Origin: an uncultured Spirochaetota bacterium
GTDB taxonomy: Bacteria; Spirochaetota; Spirochaetia; SZUA-6; Fen-1364
Assembly (NCBI GenBank): GCA_963845535.1
Contig: CAWJSK010000023.1
Span: forward strand, 82,510 to 146,509
DNA: 64,000 nt
Reading direction: 5' to 3'
The notes under the pieces are model-generated. The model saw only the letters and a list, made by a program, of their open reading frames with translations, made no database searches and was not told the origin of the DNA. Positions 11,580 to 21,754 of this stretch are shown one piece after another. A program made the position numbers and the translations under genes. Position 1 is the first letter of the stretch; each line of letters opens with the position of its first letter.

Positions 11580-12286
11580 CGGGCGTCGTACAGGTCGTTC
11601 TGCAGCGTCCGGGATATCGTCAGCGCCGTGTCCCGCGCAAGCTGATCGAAGCCGTTCTGAAGGTCTTCCTCCGAAAGGCTTGCAAGCGCGGCGGTGGTCA
11701 CGAAGCTCCCCAGCGTGGAGTCCAGGCCGAACATGCCGGGAGTGGCTGTCCGATCCACCTCGATGTCCCTTCGCCACACGATTGTCTTTTCCCCGTTGCT
11801 GAAGAGGTTGACGGTAAGCTTCATCCGCAGGCTCACCGCGCTCGTCCACGAGCTTGCATGGACGCCCCATTTGTGGATGTCGAAGTCAAGCAGGTATTCC
11901 GCGGAATCAGCGTCGTTTTCCTGCTTCGCCTCGAGGACGCTGAGACACGTGGTATACGATTCGTCGCGGACCATCCCCGGCACGTCGACCACCTGGAGGG
12001 CCTGCCGCATGAGCGTCTGGACCCGGTCCGCGTTCGCCGCTTTCGCGATGTTCCCGCCCACACTGAGAGCCGCCATGAATGGGCTGGAGAAATCGATGTA
12101 GTAATGCACGTCCATGTTCGGCTCCGGAGGCAGGCGCATCTGGACCGCCATCGTGTGGTCTTGCAGGTCGAACTCCCCGAGCCTGTTGATGGTTGTGCAG
12201 GAGACAAGGGCGAGCGCGCCGATCACGGCTGAGAGACCTGCCGCGCGCGCGAGTATTGCGTTGGTCTTCCATTTTCTTTCTTTCAT
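11564..12286 (-). CDS. Lipoprotein of unknown function
   Basis: Basic N-terminus, hydrophobic stretch, lipobox LVSC; AAGGAG upstream. Confidence 0.75.
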   Translation of the reverse strand: MKERKWKTNAILARAAGLSAVIGALALVSCTTINRLGEFDLQDHTMAVQMRLPPEPNMDVHYYIDFSSPFMAALSVGGNIAKAANADRVQTLMRQALQVVDVPGMVRDESYTTCLSVLEAKQENDADSAEYLLDFDIHKWGVHASSWTSAVSLRMKLTVNLFSNGEKTIVWRRDIEVDRTATPGMFGLDSTLGSFVTTAALASLSEEDLQNGFDQLARDTALTISRTLQNDLYDARYGGD

Positions 12287-12296
12287 GGCTTGCTCC

Positions 12297-13762
12297 TTAG
12301 AACACTTCCCGAACCGTTTTCTGCCACCCTTCGTCCGGCCGGACCCCCGCGTCAGCCAGCGCGCGGGAAAGCGACATCAGCTCCCGCCAGGCGCGTTCAT
12401 CCGCCGCCCGTCTCACCGTCCCGCCGTTGAGATGCACAGGGAATGCCTGAACGTACCGCACCTTCCCATTATAGACCCCGAGCCTCAGGATCACAGAGTC
12501 CTGTCCGCCCGGGGTCCCCTGCATGCCGGGGAAGATGAAGTTGCCCAGCGAATAGGCGATCAGCCGACCATCAAAGGCTTCCATGCCTTCCAGGACGTGC
12601 GGGTGTGCTCCAATGACGAGGTCCGCCCCCTGGCGCACGAGCTGCCGGTAGAGCCGCCGCTGCTCCGACGTCGGGGTCGCGCTCCACTCCGTGCCTCCAT
12701 GGACAAACGCGATGTTGAATGCGCCATCACCGGAGAACGCCCTGCCCGCGGCGGCAAGGCCCTGCCGGTCCAGCCACAGGATCCCCGGTCGTGAATCCTG
12801 CGCGCGTTCAACCACCCGGCCGTCAAACCCGGTTCTGTCTACGGGAAATGCGCCGAAGGAGAGGACGCGTACTTCCTGCGCGCCGACCTTTACCACCGCC
12901 GGTCGGCCGGCTTCTTCCCGGTTTGCTCCCGCTCCCGAGGTCATGATCTTCCACGTCGAGAGGGCCGCGAGGGTCTGGAGGAATCCCGGGAGGCCGAAAT
13001 CGAAGGTATGATTGTTGGCGAGCGACAGGTAGGAGAAGCCTGCCTGCTTCAGCGCGCCCACGGCGTCAGGAAGGAAGCGAAACGTGTAGCTCTTGTCCTG
13101 CGCCGTCCCTGACGACGCGGCAGAAGATTCCAGGTTCCCGAGAAGGAAGCCGCTTCCCCGCAGAAGCGCCAGTGTGTCACCGAAAACTCTTTCCAGGCCA
13201 CCCCGTGCAATCAAAGCGCGGTCAACGCCGCGCGCGGGCATAATGTCCCCGACCGCCTCGATCCATGCGATCTGCGTCGCCGCGCCGGGAGGGGGGGAGG
13301 GAGCCGCGAATACCACTGGCGCAGCCTTCCGTCCGAGCTTTTCAGCTCGAGGCACACGTTGACGCGCATGGGATACCCGGGCTCATCGGGAAGCGAGCCG
13401 TCCAGGGGAAGGGCGACGTCAGGAAGCGAGACCGCGCACAGGGGGAGCGTACGAACCCCACCGCGGGCAACATCCGCCCTGGTTGCCGCGCTTCTCTCAT
13501 CTCCGAGCCTGGCAACAGGGACAAGCGGCATGAGCCCGACTATCTTCCCGGGACCGCCGAGGCTCACGCTGATGCTGTCCCCCGGAGGGTCGAAGCCCGG
13601 AGGCAGGCGCACCTCCTCGGTTGCGGCCGGCAGGGGAAAAGCCTCCACCAGTCTGCGCCACTGCGGCCACAGGTCGTCCGTGGCCTGGACAAACACAGCA
13701 GAGCAGGAAGGGCGAAGAGCGGCGGCGCCCAGCGCCAGGGTGAGGAGGATGATACGCGACAT
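12297..13762 (-). CDS. CapA-family metallophosphoesterase, split by a frameshift near 13285-13300
   Basis: AVGDIM, GNLES, LANNHTFD, VHGG.E, IGAHPH, YSLGNF in 12297-13290. The signal-peptide N-terminus (MSRIILLTLALGAAA, ATG 13762) is in another frame. Confidence 0.8.
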
Positions 13763-13796
13763 GACGGCGCCGGGAGCATAGACCGCGGGATGGCCG

Positions 13797-13825
13797 GTGA
13801 CAAGGAGCCTGCGCCGGGCTATCAT
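13797..13825 (+). promoter_or_regulatory. Putative promoter, leaderless leuA-like transcript
   Basis: GTGACA-17 bp-TATCAT, 5 nt before ATG 13831. Confidence 0.55.
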
Positions 13826-13830
13826 AAGGC

Positions 13831-15234
13831 ATGGCCCGGCATATAGAAGTCTTCGACACGACGCTTCGTGACGGCAACAAGCTTCCTTTTGTCGTCCTTT
13901 CACCGGATGACCGCGTCGTGCTTGCGGCGCAGCTTGCCCGGTTGGGCGTCGATGTCATAGAAGCTGGTTTCCCGGCGGCGTCGCAGGAAGAATCGGACTG
14001 CGTGGGTCGCGTGTGCGACTCGGTTGAGGGGCCGTACGTCGCGGCCCTGGCCCGCGCGCTGCCCGGTGACGTGGAGAAGGCGCTCAAGATATTGTCACGA
14101 GCACACAAAGCTTACCTGCACATTTTCATGGGCGTTTCTCCGGAGTTCCTCACGCACGTGCTCAAGATCAAGGAAGAGCAGGCGCTTTTGGCCATCACGG
14201 ACTGCGTGCGCTCCGCAAAATCCGCCGGCATCCGCGTGCAGTTCTCCTTGAGCGAGGCGCCCCATGCCCGGAGTGAGTTCCGCAGGAGCGTGTTCGAAGC
14301 GGCGCGGGACGCCGGTGCGGACGTGATCAACCTGGCGGATACCAACGGAGTCCTTACTCCGGAGGACACCTCCGCCATGGTCGCGGAGCTGGAATCCGTT
14401 CTGGGACAAAACGCCAGGACAGTAATCGGAATGCACTGCCACAACGACCTTGGCCTGGCCACCGCAAACACCATTGCCGCCGTGGCGGCGGGCGCTTCTC
14501 ACGTGGAGGTCACCATTGGCGGCTTCGGTGAGCGGGCGGGCAACGCCGCCTTGGAGGAGGTGGCATTCCTCATGACCGTCCTGGCCCGCCGTCACGGGAT
14601 TTCCCATGGGATCAAGCTGGAGGAGATTGCGCGCACGGCGCGCCTGTTCGACAGCCTCACCGGGGTGCGCACGCATCCGAACAAGGCCATCATCGGCCAA
14701 TGCGCCTTCATGCCCGCGCCGGGCGGATTTTCCGGGAGGTCGCTCACGCCTGAGCTGCGCAGGCTGATGCGGGAGAGCACCATCGGCAGGCAGCCTGATG
14801 ACGCCGCGCTCCTGCCGCCCGTGCGGGAGCGTACGGGCCCGTACGAGCTGGAGTCCTTCAACGTGATGAGCGCATCGCACTCTCCGCCGGTGGGAGTGGT
14901 GGTCATCAGGAGGGACGGAAAGGCGCTCACCCAGACCTCGCATGGCAACGGCCCCATTGACGCCCTGTTTCATGCCGTGGACAAGGCGCTGGGGTTCGCC
15001 ACGCGGTTGGTGCAGTACTCCGTGTCGACGATAGGCTCGGGGACCGACGCCATGACGGAAGTCATCGTGACCGTGGAGCTTCGCGGCAGGCGCTTCCACG
15101 GGCGTCACCGCAGCACCGACGTCATCGAGGCCAGCCTCAGGGCTTACATGAGCGCCTGTAATGCCATTGGGGAATCAGGGATCCTCGAAGGTCCATCGGA
15201 CTTCCACGTTACCGGGGAGTACCTCTGGGAGTAG
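13831..15234 (+). CDS. 2-isopropylmalate synthase-like protein with regulatory domain, divergent motifs
   Basis: DTTLRDG, EAGFPA, HCHND, GERAGNA, GNGPIDA, STDVIEAS. Has RDGNK in place of RDGEQ and lacks HESGIH. Confidence 0.8.
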   Translation: MARHIEVFDTTLRDGNKLPFVVLSPDDRVVLAAQLARLGVDVIEAGFPAASQEESDCVGRVCDSVEGPYVAALARALPGDVEKALKILSRAHKAYLHIFMGVSPEFLTHVLKIKEEQALLAITDCVRSAKSAGIRVQFSLSEAPHARSEFRRSVFEAARDAGADVINLADTNGVLTPEDTSAMVAELESVLGQNARTVIGMHCHNDLGLATANTIAAVAAGASHVEVTIGGFGERAGNAALEEVAFLMTVLARRHGISHGIKLEEIARTARLFDSLTGVRTHPNKAIIGQCAFMPAPGGFSGRSLTPELRRLMRESTIGRQPDDAALLPPVRERTGPYELESFNVMSASHSPPVGVVVIRRDGKALTQTSHGNGPIDALFHAVDKALGFATRLVQYSVSTIGSGTDAMTEVIVTVELRGRRFHGRHRSTDVIEASLRAYMSACNAIGESGILEGPSDFHVTGEYLWE

Positions 15235-15279
15235 GGCAGCTCGCGTCGCTTTGACAAGCACCGCGTAAAGATGTCTACC

Positions 15280-15843
15280 TTAACTGTTCACTCGTTCCTG
15301 GTATTCGCGGGTTTCCGTGTTCACGAGGATCCGGTCTCCGGTCTTGATAAAGAGAGGCACCTTTACCTTCAGCCCTGTTTCACACGTAATCACCTTGGTT
15401 GCGCCGCTCACCGTGTCACCGCGCTCTGCCTTCTCAGCCTCGGAGACGGTGAAGATCATCTTCGTGGGAAGCTTGATGTCGATGGGAGTCTGCTCCCAGA
15501 AGACGACCTGGTAGTTCTCCCCGTCCTTGAGGAAGTCCCGCTTCTCCTCTTCCCCCTCGATGGCGATGCTGAACTGCTCGTACGTTTTCGTGTCCATGAA
15601 CGCGTAATTTTCGGCGTCTGCGTAGAGGAACTGCACTTCCTTGTACTCAACCGACACGTCCTCCAGGTTGTCCTGGACCTTGTTGGTCTGCCGAAGGACC
15701 GATCCCGTCTTGATGTTCTTCAGCCGGAGGCGCACGAAGGCAGAGCCCTTGCCGGGGTTGACGTACTCCCGCTCGACGCAGACGTGGGGCTGGTTGTTGA
15801 TGAGGATGAACGTGCCTTTTGCAATATCGCTCGCCTTGATCAT
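15280..15843 (-). CDS. efp: Elongation factor P
   Basis: NPGKGSAFVR, RGDT, ETG..VKVPLFI; GGAGG-like SD upstream. Confidence 0.97.
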   Translation of the reverse strand: MIKASDIAKGTFILINNQPHVCVEREYVNPGKGSAFVRLRLKNIKTGSVLRQTNKVQDNLEDVSVEYKEVQFLYADAENYAFMDTKTYEQFSIAIEGEEEKRDFLKDGENYQVVFWEQTPIDIKLPTKMIFTVSEAEKAERGDTVSGATKVITCETGLKVKVPLFIKTGDRILVNTETREYQERVNS

Positions 15844-15863
15844 GTGCTTCCTTTCAGGAGGGA

Positions 15864-16853
15864 TTATCGCGGCACTATATCCGAAAACGGGAAATTAATC
15901 ACCCCCTGAATGGACTTTTCTCCCGAAAAGACCATTTCCAGGCGGTCCACGCCGAGCGCGGTCCCGCTCACGGCCGGAAAGCCGGGAGGAAACACGGAAG
16001 CCAGTCCGGTATCCGCGGCGTGCTGGACACGGCACTTCTTTTTCCGTTCCTGTTCTTCGCGCAGCAGCGCCTCCAGCGCGCGCGGATCCGTTTCCTCCGT
16101 GTAGCAGTTTGCTATCTCCGCACCGTCGATGAACAGCTCCCACCTCTCCGCCCAGGGCGTGCCCGCGGAGCGCCGCGCGGTTGTCGGGACCAGGGCCGGG
16201 TAATCCATGAGCACGAGCGGCCGGCCCCGCGGAAGCGCCGGCTCGACGGAGGTGAGGAAGACGATGTGGAAAGCTTCCTCCCACGTGCATCCCCGCGGTA
16301 CCGCGATGCCTGCCGCCCGCGCCGCCGTGACAAGGGTTTCCACGTCCTGGCACCGGGAAAGGTCGATGCCGGCATGGCGTCGAAACGCGTCCTCCATGGA
16401 AAGGCGTTTGAAAGGCGGTGAGAGCTCCAGCGCTTTGTCCTCCCACCCGGACAGGAGCAGATGCCGGAACAGCCCTTCCAACGCGTCGATCGACCGGCGA
16501 TATCCGCTGCCCACGGTGTACCACTCCAGCAGCCGAAACTCGGGGTTGTGGAGAGGGCTTCCGAAATCCCCGTTGCGGAAGCTCCGGCTGATCTGAAAGA
16601 TGTTCCCGCTGCCGGCCCCCAGGAGACGCTTCATCCACAGCTCGGGGGACGGAATGAGCCACAGGTCGCGGCTTTTGCCGCCCGACCCGTTGTACCGGGT
16701 CTGAAACACCTCGATTGACGGCTCGGGGATGAGAAACGGAGCCAGGGTCGGCGTCTCCACTTCGATGTATCCGTGCCCGGTGAAGTAGTCCCTGATCTCA
16801 GCGATGAACCGGGCGTGCGTTTCCAGGCGTTCCCTCAGGGCAGAATCGATCAC
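15864..16853 (-). CDS. epmA: EF-P lysine--(R)-beta-lysine ligase
   Basis: GYIEVETP, SPELWMKRLL, FRN....HNPEF..LEWY, G.ALGVDRL; adjacent to efp. Start at GTG 16853; the track extension to 17636 is antisense to the M16 gene. Confidence 0.9.
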   Translation of the reverse strand: MIDSALRERLETHARFIAEIRDYFTGHGYIEVETPTLAPFLIPEPSIEVFQTRYNGSGGKSRDLWLIPSPELWMKRLLGAGSGNIFQISRSFRNGDFGSPLHNPEFRLLEWYTVGSGYRRSIDALEGLFRHLLLSGWEDKALELSPPFKRLSMEDAFRRHAGIDLSRCQDVETLVTAARAAGIAVPRGCTWEEAFHIVFLTSVEPALPRGRPLVLMDYPALVPTTARRSAGTPWAERWELFIDGAEIANCYTEETDPRALEALLREEQERKKKCRVQHAADTGLASVFPPGFPAVSGTALGVDRLEMVFSGEKSIQGVINFPFSDIVPR

Positions 16854-16859
16854 ACGGGG

Positions 16860-16907
16860 AGTATAGCACGATGAAGAATAGACACGACGCCGGCCGGTTC
16901 GTATATT
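16860..16907. promoter_or_regulatory. Divergent promoters for epmA and the M16 peptidase
   Basis: Minus strand: extended -10 TGcTATACT (16868-16860). Plus strand: TAGACA-17 bp-TATATT (16879-16907). Confidence 0.6.
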
Positions 16908-16916
16908 GGTACAACC

Positions 16917-19880
16917 ATGACTACCCGTCATTCCATCGGCGCGTTCGAGGTGCTGGCCCGCCGTGAGCTGCCCGAATACCGTTCCAGCGCCCTGTACGCG
17001 CGCCACGCGGCCACAGGCTGCGAAGTCCTCCATCTGGGGACCGCCGACACGGAAAACCTCTTCGCATTCTGCTTTGCCACTCCGCCCCGTGATGATACCG
17101 GCGTTTCCCACATCACCGAGCATTCGGTCCTCAGCGGTTCCAAACGCTACCCGTTGAAGGAGCCCTTCTCCGCCCTCATGAAGGGGAGCATGCACACGTT
17201 TCTGAACGCCCTGACCTACCCGGACAGGACCGTGTACCCGGCGGCAAGCTGCAACAGGGCGGACTTCTTCAATCTCCTCGACGTTTACGGGGACGCGGTG
17301 TTCCATCCGCTCCTTCGCAAAGAGACGTTCATGCAGGAGGGGTGGAGATTGGAGCCGGTGAGCGGCCATGAGGATGAGCTTCAGTACGCCGGCGTCGTCT
17401 ACAACGAGATGAAAGGGGCGTATTCCAGCCCTGAATCGATCGTGGGGGAGTGGGCGTTCCGGTCCCTTTTCCCCGACACCCCGTACCGCTTCGACTCGGG
17501 CGGGGATCCGAAGTTCCTGCCCTCCCTGACCCTCGAGCAGGCTCGCGAGTTCCACCACCGCTACTATCATCCCTCGAACTGCCGGATCTTCCTCTACGGC
17601 AACATCCCCGTGGAGGAGACGCTGTCCGTGCTTCACGAGCGTTTCCTTTCAGGATTCACGGCGCAGACCATCGAGTCGTCAATCCCCATCCAGCTTCGCT
17701 GGAAAGAGCCGCGCCGGCTCCAGAAGACGTTCCCGGTCAAGCCGGACACCCCGCTTTCCTCCCGGTCCAGCGTGACGTTGAGCTGGCTGCTTCCCGGGAC
17801 GGCTGATCCTTTCCTGGTCCTGATGTATGAGATGCTCTCGGAAGTCCTGATCGGCAGCGCGGGCTCGCCGCTTCGCAAGAGCCTCGTGGACTCGGCGCTC
17901 GGCCAGGACCTTTCTCCGGTCAGCGGGTTGGAGACCGACCTCAGGGAGCTCGTGTTCGCCGTGGGCCTTCGCGGCACCGAGCCGGACAGGGCGGAGCAGG
18001 TGAGCGGGCTCGTGCTGAAGACGCTGGAGACGCTGGTCTCGAAAGGGCTGGACTCCCGGCTCGTCGAGTCCATGATGAACAGGGTGGAGTTCCGCCACCG
18101 AGAGATCCGGGGAAACGGATCCCCATACGCCCTGAGGCTCATGGGGAGGGCGTTTCGAGGATGGGTTCACGGAATTGATCCTCTCCAGTCCCTGGAGTTC
18201 GACTCCGTCATGGCGCGTGTGAAGTCCAGCCTTGCGCAGGATCCACGGGCATTGTTGAAGCTGATCGAGACAGGGCTCATGGCGAATCCGCACAGGGTCA
18301 CCCTCACCGTCAGCCCGGATCGGACGCAGGAACAGCAGGAAACCGACTCGGAGAAGGCACGCGTCGCGGAAGCGGTCCGCCGTCTTGCGCCACAGGAGCG
18401 CGGCAAGCTGCTGGCGGACGCAAAAGATTTCCGCGCCTATCAGCTTGCCCCTGATCCGCAGGAGGCAATTGCCCTCCTGCCGACTCTTCTGCGCAAGGAT
18501 CTTCCCGCGGAGATCGAGCGGATCCCCGCACAGGAGATCGCGACCCCGTCCGGCGTCCCGCTGACGCTGCATGACATCTTCACGAACGAAGTGGTCTACG
18601 TCGATCTTGCTTTTTCCACGGAGGGCATTTCCGGAGACCGGACGCTCCTCCTTCCTCTCTTCGGGAAGGCGGTCAGCGGATGCGGGCTTGCGGGCAGGAG
18701 CTATGACAAAGTGGCACTGGACCTTTTCCGCCTGACGGGCGGGTTCGGCGCCTCCCTGGACGCCGGGGGAATCGTCGGTGAGGAGCGGTCCTTCGGCCAG
18801 CACGCGTTCTTCCGGATGCGCTGCCTCCGCAAGAACCTTGCCGAAGCGGCGGCGCTCGTGGCGTCCCTGCTCTCCGGGGCGGATTTCCGCGACTCCGCGC
18901 GGCTTCGTGACCTGGTGCTTGAGCTCAGAAACGGAATGAAAGCCGCGCTCGTGCCGGGCGGGCATCAGTTCGCCATGACGCGGGCGGCCAGCATGCTTTC
19001 CGCCTCTGTTGCCCGGGAGGAGCAGTGGAAGGGCATCACGCAGCTTCTCTTCCTGGAGGACCTCACTCGGGACCTGGACGCGCGTCTTCCCTGGATCACG
19101 CAGACGCTCGAGTCCATACGGGAAGACCTTCTGGCGCGGACGAACATGCTTGCCAACGCCACGGCGGTGAAAGCGGCCTTCGCGGAGACCGCTCAGGCCG
19201 TGGAGATCATTGCGCAAGCGCTCCCCAAGACTTCCCCGCGCCGGGCTGACTCGACCTGGCGGGCGGCCGCACAGGAAGGTTCGCCCCGGGCCGAGTCTCT
19301 GCTTTCCAGCGCGTCCGTGGGGTATGTTGCCCGGGCAATCCCCGGCTTCCGCTATGAACACCCCAACGATGGTCCCGCCGCGGTCCTGGGGCACCTTCTC
19401 TCCACCGGCTACCTCTGGGAAAAAGTGCGCATGGAGGGCGGCGCCTACGGGGCATTCTCCTTCCCCCGCCACATGGAGGGCCTCTTCCTCTTCGGGTCAT
19501 ATCGCGACCCTCACATCGCCGGCACCCTTGCGAGGTTTCGCGAGGCGCTTCAGTTCATGGAAGGCCCCGAGCTGAAAGAGGATGAGGTCGAAAAAGCGGT
19601 CATAGGCACGATTGGCAGGGAAGACCGGCCCATGGACCCTGGTGAGAAAGGCTTCGTGAGCCTTCAGCGCAGGCTCCACGGGGTCACTGACGACATACGG
19701 CAAAAGCGCCGGGACAGGCTCATTGCGACCCGCCGCGAAGACGTGGTCAGAGCAGCGCGCGAGCTCACCCGGAGCTTCGACCAGGGATTCACCTCTGTCA
19801 TCGCCAACCGCGCATCCTTGAATGGAGCTCAAGCCGTCATCCCTGAGCTCGGCGACAGGTCGATAGATCTTCCGGAATAA
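16917..19880 (+). CDS. M16C insulinase-family metallopeptidase (presequence protease-like)
   Basis: HITEH inverted zincin motif, TFLNALTYPDRTVYP, GVVYNEMKG, LWEKVRMEGGAYG, SYRDP. Confidence 0.93.
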   Translation: MTTRHSIGAFEVLARRELPEYRSSALYARHAATGCEVLHLGTADTENLFAFCFATPPRDDTGVSHITEHSVLSGSKRYPLKEPFSALMKGSMHTFLNALTYPDRTVYPAASCNRADFFNLLDVYGDAVFHPLLRKETFMQEGWRLEPVSGHEDELQYAGVVYNEMKGAYSSPESIVGEWAFRSLFPDTPYRFDSGGDPKFLPSLTLEQAREFHHRYYHPSNCRIFLYGNIPVEETLSVLHERFLSGFTAQTIESSIPIQLRWKEPRRLQKTFPVKPDTPLSSRSSVTLSWLLPGTADPFLVLMYEMLSEVLIGSAGSPLRKSLVDSALGQDLSPVSGLETDLRELVFAVGLRGTEPDRAEQVSGLVLKTLETLVSKGLDSRLVESMMNRVEFRHREIRGNGSPYALRLMGRAFRGWVHGIDPLQSLEFDSVMARVKSSLAQDPRALLKLIETGLMANPHRVTLTVSPDRTQEQQETDSEKARVAEAVRRLAPQERGKLLADAKDFRAYQLAPDPQEAIALLPTLLRKDLPAEIERIPAQEIATPSGVPLTLHDIFTNEVVYVDLAFSTEGISGDRTLLLPLFGKAVSGCGLAGRSYDKVALDLFRLTGGFGASLDAGGIVGEERSFGQHAFFRMRCLRKNLAEAAALVASLLSGADFRDSARLRDLVLELRNGMKAALVPGGHQFAMTRAASMLSASVAREEQWKGITQLLFLEDLTRDLDARLPWITQTLESIREDLLARTNMLANATAVKAAFAETAQAVEIIAQALPKTSPRRADSTWRAAAQEGSPRAESLLSSASVGYVARAIPGFRYEHPNDGPAAVLGHLLSTGYLWEKVRMEGGAYGAFSFPRHMEGLFLFGSYRDPHIAGTLARFREALQFMEGPELKEDEVEKAVIGTIGREDRPMDPGEKGFVSLQRRLHGVTDDIRQKRRDRLIATRREDVVRAARELTRSFDQGFTSVIANRASLNGAQAVIPELGDRSIDLPE

Positions 19881-19889
19881 GGTCGTACG

Positions 19890-20815
19890 ATGAACCTCGA
19901 AGTATTTGTTCTCGGAACGGGGGGCATGATGCCCCTCCCTGGCAGGGGGCTGACGTCGGTCCTCGTGAGGCGCGAAGGGGAGCTCTTCCTCTTCGACTGC
20001 GGAGAGGGGACGCAGATTGGCTTGCGCAGGCTCAACCTGCGCTGGAAGAAGATCACTTCCATCTTCATCTCACACACGCACGCGGACCACGTGACGGGAC
20101 TTCCCGGGATCCTGATGCTCTCCTCCCAGGTGGACCGGGACGAGCCGCTGTACATCTACGGCCCGCCGAAAATCCGCGAGTTCGTGGACGCCATGCGGCG
20201 CACGCTCGAGATGTACATCAACTACGAGATCGTCGTGAAGGAAATCGAGGGGAAGTGCGCCATCCTCGAGACGGAGGAGTACGGGATCCGCTCATTCCCC
20301 CTGCAGCACACCAAGCAGTGCCTGGCGTACTGCATCGAGGAAAAGAAGCGCCCGGGAACCTTCTTTCCAGACAAAGCGCTCGCCCTCGGCGTTCCGCGAG
20401 GCCCGCTGTGGTCACGCCTGCAAAGCGGGGAGACAGTCGGGTTGCCGGACGGGACCACCGTCGCGCCGGGCCAGGTCATGGGGACCGAGAGGAAAGGCCG
20501 GAAGTTCTGCTTCGTCACGGACACAATTGCCGCCGCGGGGCTCGCAGGGTTCGTGAGCAAAGCGGACCTTCTCATCTGCGAGGGGATGTTCGAGGAGGAG
20601 CTTGCGGCCACCGCGGCGGAAAAGAAGCATCTCACCGCGGCGCAGGCTGCCCGCATTGCGCGGGAAGCCGACGTCAAGGCAATGGGACTGATCCACTACA
20701 GCCCGCGCTACGCCGAGCGGGACTTGAAAAAGCTGCTTCAGGAGGCTCGCGAGATCTTCCCGGCTCCTTCCTCACCAGGGATCTCCAGCACATCGACATG
20801 CCATTCGAGGACTGA
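19890..20815 (+). CDS. rnz: Ribonuclease Z, frameshift near 20760
   Basis: LGTGG, FDCGEGTQ, SHTHADH, GVPRGP exosite, HYSPRY. The expected tail (GSFLTRDLQHIDMPFED*) lies in an adjacent frame ending at 20815. Confidence 0.92.
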
Positions 20816-20818
20816 CAA

Positions 20819-21754
20819 ATGAAAATCTCCATTATTGGGTCCGGGGCCATGGGATCCCTGTACGGCGGTCTGCTCTCCCGCGCGGGGCATGAGGTCATGC
20901 TTTTCGATGTCTACCGGGAGCACGTGGAGGCGGTCAACAGGGACGGCCTTGCCATCGAAGACGCTGCCACGGGCGCCTCCATCACCACGCATCCCCGCGC
21001 AAGCGCGGAAGCGAAGTCCGTCGAAGGCTCGGACGTCTTCATCATATTCGTGAAGTCGACCAACACGGAGCAGGCGGCGGTCCAGTTCGCCGGGCTTGCC
21101 GGTCCAAAAACCATCGTCCTGACGCTGCAGAACGGCCTGGGCAATGAAGGGATCATCCGCAAGCATTTCGGCCCGGCGCGCACCGCCGCCGGAGTCACGT
21201 CGCAGGGAGCGACGTTTCTCGGGCCGGGCAGAATCCGCCACGCCGGAAAAGGCCCCACGCACATCAGCATGGCGGACGGGGAGAACGCGAAGCTGGCTTC
21301 CCTGGCCGCTGCGCTCCGCGCGGCTGGCTTCGAGACACACGTGGAAAAGGACGTGGCCGGCCTGGTGTGGAGCAAGCTCGTGATAAACGTCGGCATCAAC
21401 GCGCTCACCGCGCTCATTGGACAGACGAACGGCGCGCTCCTGCAGCACGAGGAGATGAAAGCCATGATGGCGGACCTTGTCGGTGAGGCTGTTGCCGTGG
21501 CAAAAGCGCGCGGCGTGCCCCTGACGTACGCTGACCCGCTTTCTACCGTCTACGAGGTGGCCGGGAAAACAGGGGCGAACCGTTCGTCCATGCTCCAGGA
21601 TTTCGACAGGGGACGGGAATCCGAGATAGATTTCATGAACGGCGCCATTGTCCGGGAGGCCGCCGCGCTCGGCATTGGCGCGCCGGTCAACGGGACCATA
21701 ACGCGCCTCATCAAGACGCTGGACAGGATCCATGCGGGGAGACCCGTCCAATGA
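20819..21754 (+). CDS. panE: 2-dehydropantoate 2-reductase
   Basis: GSGAMG, VKS, LQNGLG, WSKLVIN, SSMLQD...GR.SEID. Confidence 0.93.
   Translation: MKISIIGSGAMGSLYGGLLSRAGHEVMLFDVYREHVEAVNRDGLAIEDAATGASITTHPRASAEAKSVEGSDVFIIFVKSTNTEQAAVQFAGLAGPKTIVLTLQNGLGNEGIIRKHFGPARTAAGVTSQGATFLGPGRIRHAGKGPTHISMADGENAKLASLAAALRAAGFETHVEKDVAGLVWSKLVINVGINALTALIGQTNGALLQHEEMKAMMADLVGEAVAVAKARGVPLTYADPLSTVYEVAGKTGANRSSMLQDFDRGRESEIDFMNGAIVREAAALGIGAPVNGTITRLIKTLDRIHAGRPVQ

Noticed and set aside
15280..16853. efp-epmA without epmB, and amrB without amrA/amrS
   Set aside because: Partner genes are often unlinked; cannot be judged from one window.
16854..17636. Apparent N-terminal extension of EpmA
   Set aside because: Antisense to the M16 gene; an extended -10 box supports the start at GTG 16853.
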